Source: a virus
Taxonomy: Duplodnaviria; Heunggongvirae; Uroviricota; Caudoviricetes
Length of the DNA stretch: 64,000 nt
Virus record (IMG/VR): IMGVR_UViG_3300006099_000006
Coordinates: 22,393-86,392 of that record
Strand: one strand, 5' to 3'
The notes under the pieces were generated by a model that was not told the DNA's origin, made no database searches, and saw only the letters and a list, made by a program, of their open reading frames with translations. Of this stretch, positions 60,103 to 64,000 are shown one piece after another (position 1 is the stretch's first letter; each line of letters begins with the position of its first letter). A program made the translations under genes and the position numbers.

Positions 60103-60420
60103 ATGGCCAGGAGTTCCCGCCTGGAGAGCGGTTTTCAGGATCGGCTTATCAAGAAGCTGGAAAATCTCTTTCCCGGCTGCATGGTTTTCAAGATGGAACG
60201 GCCCCAGGGCATCCCTGACCTGCTTGTCCTGTACGGAAAGAAGTGGGCCTCCCTGGAATGCAAGAGATCTGCGGGCGCGAAGAGACAGCCGAATCAAGAA
60301 TACTATGTCGAGAAGATGAACGGGATGTCTTTCTCTCGTTTTGTCTCTCCCGAAAACAAGGAGGATGTGCTTGATGAGCTCCGGCAGATTTTTGCGGAAG
60401 AGGAGGGCGATGACCTGTGA
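60103..60420 (+). CDS. VRR-NUC domain nuclease, 105 aa
   Basis: GFQDRLIKKL...GIPDLLVLYGKKWASLECKR...QPNQEYYVEKMNGM is a PD-(D/E)xK VRR-NUC pattern. Confidence 0.6.
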   Translation: MARSSRLESGFQDRLIKKLENLFPGCMVFKMERPQGIPDLLVLYGKKWASLECKRSAGAKRQPNQEYYVEKMNGMSFSRFVSPENKEDVLDELRQIFAEEEGDDL

Positions 60421-60980
60421 CGTTCAGCTTTAATCAGCACAAGAATCTGGAAGGCCAGCACGCTTTCCTCGGCGCAAGCAATTATCACTGGATCAATTAT
60501 AGCGAGGACAAGGTCGAGGAGACCTACTCCAAGTGGAGGGCGACCCAGAAGGGCACCCAGCTCCACGCCTTCGCCGCCGATTGCATCCGCCTCGGGCAGA
60601 AACTGCCCAGAACACAGCAGACCCTGAATATGTACGTCAACGATGCCATCGGGTTCAAGATGACGCCGGAGCAGGTTTTGTACTATTCCCCCAACTGCTT
60701 CGGCACCGCTGACGCAATTATATTTAGGAATAACTTTCTCCGGATTCACGATTTGAAAACCGGAGAGACGCCGGCCAAGATGGAGCAGTTGATGATCTAT
60801 GCGGCGCTTTTCTGCCTGGAGTACGGCGTCAAACCCAGCGAGATCAGGACGGAGCTTCGCATTTATCAGAATGACGAAGTCCTCTGTCACAACGCGACGG
60901 TGGAAGACATCTTCCCCATCATAGACCGGATCATCACCTTTGATAAGATTTTGAACCGGATGAGAGAACAGGAGGGGTAA
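60417..60980 (+). CDS. putative PD-(D/E)xK-type nuclease, 187 aa (GTG start)
   Basis: GTADAIIFRNNFLRIHDLKTGE carries a D...D-x-K arrangement. Confidence 0.45.
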   Translation: MTFSFNQHKNLEGQHAFLGASNYHWINYSEDKVEETYSKWRATQKGTQLHAFAADCIRLGQKLPRTQQTLNMYVNDAIGFKMTPEQVLYYSPNCFGTADAIIFRNNFLRIHDLKTGETPAKMEQLMIYAALFCLEYGVKPSEIRTELRIYQNDEVLCHNATVEDIFPIIDRIITFDKILNRMREQEG

Positions 60981-60983
60981 AGC

Positions 60984-63695
60984 ATGGATCTAATTCAGGA
61001 CGACATCCTGATGCACTATGGCGTCAAGCGGCGTTCGGGGCGCTATCCGTGGGGTTCCGGCGAAAACCCCTACCAGCACGGCGGGGACTTCCTCAGCCGG
61101 GTCGAGGAGCTTCAGTCTCAGGGAAAGAGTGAGAAGGAGATCGCCGACGAGCTCAAGATGTCAACCACGGATCTGCGGATGCAGGTTCGGGTGGCGAAGC
61201 ATGAGCGGCGCATGGTCCTGGCCGACAGGGCGAAGTCTTTGCGGGAAGAGGGCAAGACTCTGGACGAGATCGCCAAGATTATGGGTTACAATAACGATTC
61301 TTCGGTTCGGGCCCTTCTCAACGAGAACACCGCCTCCAACAAGAACAAGGCCTGGCAGACTGCGGAGCGGTTGAAGCAGGAGCTTGCGACGAAAGGTGCC
61401 CTTGACGTGGGAACCGGAGCCGAGCGGGAGCTTGGAGTTTCCAGTGGCGTCCTTCAGGAGGCGCTCTTCATTCTGGAGACTGAGGGTTATAACCGGTTTG
61501 GCGTTGGCGTTCCCCAGGTCAACAACCCGAAGCAGCGCACCATTACGCCTGTTATATCCGTTCCCGACATCGACCAGCGGCAGGTCTATCAGGACCTCGC
61601 TTTGGTCAAGGCGGTGGGTGAATATCACAGCACTGATGGCGGCGAATCCTGGGACAAGCGGGAATATCCGTCCAGCATCAGCTCTGGCCGGGTGAAGATC
61701 CGTTATGGGGATGAGGGCGGTTCCGCGAAAGACGGTGTTATCGAGATCCGTCGCGGCGTCGCCGACCTGGATTTGGGTGCGTCCCACTATGCACAGGTCC
61801 GTATCATGGTGGACGGAACCCATTACCTCAAAGGGATGGCCATGTATTCTGATGACATTCCCGATGGGGTAGACATTATATTTAACACCAACAAGCATTC
61901 CGGCACGCCCAAGTTGGACGTCCTGAAGAAAATCCAGGATGACCCGGACAACCCCTTTGGGGCCTTCATCAAGGCGAATGGGCAGAGCTACTACCCCGAC
62001 CCCAATGGCAAATACATCGACCCCGTCACCGGGGAAAGGCGTTCGTTGTCGGCGATCAACAAATTAAAAGAAGAAGGCGACTGGGATAAGATGAGTAAAA
62101 ACTTGTCTTCCCAGTTTCTTTCTAAGCAGCCCATCAAGCTGATCCAGACCCAGTTGGATTTGACCTACGCCGACGCAGAGGATGAGTTCGCCGAGATCTG
62201 CGCCCTGACCAATCCCACGGTCAAGAAGAAGCTGTTGATGGACTTCGCCGACGAGTGCGATTCTGCCGTCGTTCACCTGAAAGCCGCGGCCCTTCCCCGC
62301 CAGAGCACCCAAGTTATATTGCCGCTCACGGCGATGAAGGAGACCGAGATCTACGCCCCCAACTACAGGGACGGCGAAAAGGTGGCTTTGGTTCGATACC
62401 CCCATGGCGGGACGTTTGAGATCCCCATTCTGACCGTCAACAACAAAAACAAGGCGGCCATCGCAATTATGGGCAAGAATGCCCGGGATGCTGTCGGTAT
62501 CAACGCCAAAGTGGCTGAGCGGCTCTCCGGAGCCGACTTCGACGGCGACCAGGTCGTGGTCATTCCTACCGGTGGGAGGGTGAACATCAAATCGACCCCC
62601 GCCCTTGACGCATTGAAAACTTTTGACGCTAAAGTTGAATACTCAACCGAAGGGAAGACCGGTATCCGGCTCCTCTCGAAAGAGGCTACCCAGATCGAGA
62701 TGGGAAAGATCTCTAACCTCATCACCGATATGACGTTGAAGGGGGCCCCCGATGGCGACATTATCAAGGCCGTCAAGCATAGCATGGTGGTTATCGACGC
62801 CGCCAAGCACAAGCTGGACTACAAGCGGTCGGAGCAGGAGAACGACATCGCCACCCTGCGGAAGAAGTGGCAGGGCTATGTGGACGAGACTGGCAAGGTC
62901 AGGGGCGGTGCTTCTACCCTGCTGTCCCGCCGTAAGCAGGATGTGGAGGTTCCCGAACGCCAGGGCAGCGGCCGTATCGACAAGCAGACCGGCAAGGTGG
63001 TCTACAAGGAGTCTGGCCGTACTTACCTCGACGCGAAGGGACGGGAAGTTCAGGCCACAACCAAAATCAAACTACTGGACGCCACCGACGACATTCGGAC
63101 ATTGTCTTCTGGCACCTTGGTCGAGGACACTTATGCCGACTACGCCAACAAGATGAAGGTGCTTGCCAACAGGGCTCGGCTTGAGTACGTTGCGACGCCG
63201 ACTTTGGCCCGTTCCGCCAGCGCCGCTAAAACCTATCAGCCGGAAGTTGATCGTCTGACTGCCGCGCTTCGGGCCGCGCAGCTCAACGCTCCTCGTGAGC
63301 GGGAAGCCCAGCGGATCGCCAATGCTCGCGTCAGGGCGAAGATCGACGCCAATAATGTCACCGACAAAGACGAAATTTCTAAAATTCGTCGGGCCGCAAT
63401 CAGCGACGCTCGTGTTGAGACCGGCGCAAGCGGCAAAGGAACTCGAATTACGATCAGCGACGGCGAATGGGAAGCGATTCAGGCTGGCGCGATTTCTGAC
63501 ACAACGCTGAAAGAGATTCTGCGCTATGCCGACCCCGACATCGTTCGGGAACGTGCTACGCCGAGAGCTCAAACCGAGATTTCCGATGCTCGGAAAAACA
63601 GGATCAGAGCAATGGCTGGTTCCTACACGAACGTCGAGATCGCGGAAGCGTTGGGTCTTTCGCCTTCTGCTGTGTCGAGAATCCTCAATGAATGA
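60984..63695 (+). CDS. large multidomain protein, 903 aa, with a C-terminal sigma-70 region-4/LuxR-like HTH
   Basis: C-terminal TNVEIAEALGLSPSAVSRILNE; N-terminal GYPWGSGENP. No NTPase motif found. Confidence 0.7.
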   Translation: MDLIQDDILMHYGVKRRSGRYPWGSGENPYQHGGDFLSRVEELQSQGKSEKEIADELKMSTTDLRMQVRVAKHERRMVLADRAKSLREEGKTLDEIAKIMGYNNDSSVRALLNENTASNKNKAWQTAERLKQELATKGALDVGTGAERELGVSSGVLQEALFILETEGYNRFGVGVPQVNNPKQRTITPVISVPDIDQRQVYQDLALVKAVGEYHSTDGGESWDKREYPSSISSGRVKIRYGDEGGSAKDGVIEIRRGVADLDLGASHYAQVRIMVDGTHYLKGMAMYSDDIPDGVDIIFNTNKHSGTPKLDVLKKIQDDPDNPFGAFIKANGQSYYPDPNGKYIDPVTGERRSLSAINKLKEEGDWDKMSKNLSSQFLSKQPIKLIQTQLDLTYADAEDEFAEICALTNPTVKKKLLMDFADECDSAVVHLKAAALPRQSTQVILPLTAMKETEIYAPNYRDGEKVALVRYPHGGTFEIPILTVNNKNKAAIAIMGKNARDAVGINAKVAERLSGADFDGDQVVVIPTGGRVNIKSTPALDALKTFDAKVEYSTEGKTGIRLLSKEATQIEMGKISNLITDMTLKGAPDGDIIKAVKHSMVVIDAAKHKLDYKRSEQENDIATLRKKWQGYVDETGKVRGGASTLLSRRKQDVEVPERQGSGRIDKQTGKVVYKESGRTYLDAKGREVQATTKIKLLDATDDIRTLSSGTLVEDTYADYANKMKVLANRARLEYVATPTLARSASAAKTYQPEVDRLTAALRAAQLNAPREREAQRIANARVRAKIDANNVTDKDEISKIRRAAISDARVETGASGKGTRITISDGEWEAIQAGAISDTTLKEILRYADPDIVRERATPRAQTEISDARKNRIRAMAGSYTNVEIAEALGLSPSAVSRILNE

Positions 63696-63711
63696 AAGGA
63701 AGTGAGAGCAA

Positions 63712-63975
63712 ATGGCTCGGTGTGCACTGACCACAATCGATAATCCCTTCGACCCCTTTACCCAATTCGAGGCATGGTACCAGTACGACGAGGGAAAGGG
63801 TTATCATTCCTGCGCCTATCTGGCGCGTATCGCTCACACTTCCGATCAGCTCTCCGGCGCTGAGAACGAGCAGGAGGTCGAGCGGGCCATCGACGACATC
63901 ATCAAGTACAATCCCCTGGGTATCTACAAGAAGGTTAAGACTTCTGCGGAACCTGGGCCTGCGGTGAGCGCCTGA
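63712..63975 (+). CDS. hypothetical, 87 aa
   Basis: RBS GGAAGTGAGAG. Confidence 0.55.
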   Translation: MARCALTTIDNPFDPFTQFEAWYQYDEGKGYHSCAYLARIAHTSDQLSGAENEQEVERAIDDIIKYNPLGIYKKVKTSAEPGPAVSA

Positions 63976-64000
63976 TTGGCGGTTGCTGCCCTGGTGAAAG

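Noticed and set aside
67-61898. Long minus-strand ORFs. Examples are 67-750, 2592-3215, 11745-12317, 16027-16644, 16681-17217, 19178-20048, 21011-21820, 24579-25262, 25887-26579, 26734-27561, 36709-38319, 50391-51722, 51765-53051, 55575-56666 and 61161-61898.
   Set aside because: These are antisense shadows of well-supported plus-strand genes in GC-rich DNA. They have no RBS and no conserved motifs. Their translations are low-complexity and Arg/Ala/Gly/Leu-rich.

Overview
This window is a 64-kb segment of a phage or prophage genome from a moderately GC-rich Gram-positive host, probably a temperate Clostridia-type phage (assignment by inference from sequence). Nearly all genes are on the + strand.

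Layout, left to right:
- nt 1-960: the 3' part of a reverse-transcriptase-like gene that runs off the window edge.
- 1.5-3.5 kb: a lysis-like module (XhlA-like protein, two holin-like membrane proteins, a tail-fibre-motif fragment).
- 3.6-5.1 kb: an AT-rich stretch of mini-genes and a candidate attP.
- 5138-6373 (-): a tyrosine integrase with an N-terminal zinc ribbon.
- 7.6-15.0 kb: an unusual array of more than 20 small, mostly monocistronic genes. Each has a GC hairpin terminator followed by a conserved box, TTCCGCA-N10-16-CCTTTATGGAGGTGA. The array is bracketed by a 210-bp direct repeat. It also contains a tRNA-like gene and non-coding units driven by a variant of the same box.
- 15-22.8 kb: three diverged tandem paralogous membrane proteins with a secreted SLT transglycosylase.
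- 22.8-57.3 kb: a DNA-metabolism block. It contains a 1372-aa SF3-helicase/PrimPol/family-B polymerase fusion, Dam MTase joined in-frame to an SNF2 helicase, a truncated N6-MTase-like protein, DNA ligase, HD hydrolase, ADP-ribosylglycohydrolase plus a 680-aa unknown protein, a P-loop kinase-like protein, an RlmN/Cfr-like radical SAM enzyme, MazG, NrdD/NrdG, FolD and an SPFH protein.
- 57.3-58.0 kb: a 700-bp non-coding region with TGCCCACTTT iterons and a nested 110-nt hairpin.
- 58.0-64.0 kb: a membrane/lipoprotein cargo pair, VRR-NUC and PD-(D/E)xK nucleases, and a 903-aa protein with a C-terminal HTH.

Several conserved genes (Dam, SLT, DUF488) and an array gene (14409-14735) are split or altered exactly at G8/G10/C11 homopolymers or by an 86-bp tandem duplication. 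This suggests either phase variation or homopolymer sequencing errors.

Coordinates of small ORFs that are not in the supplied ORF track were derived by hand and may be off by 1-2 nt.
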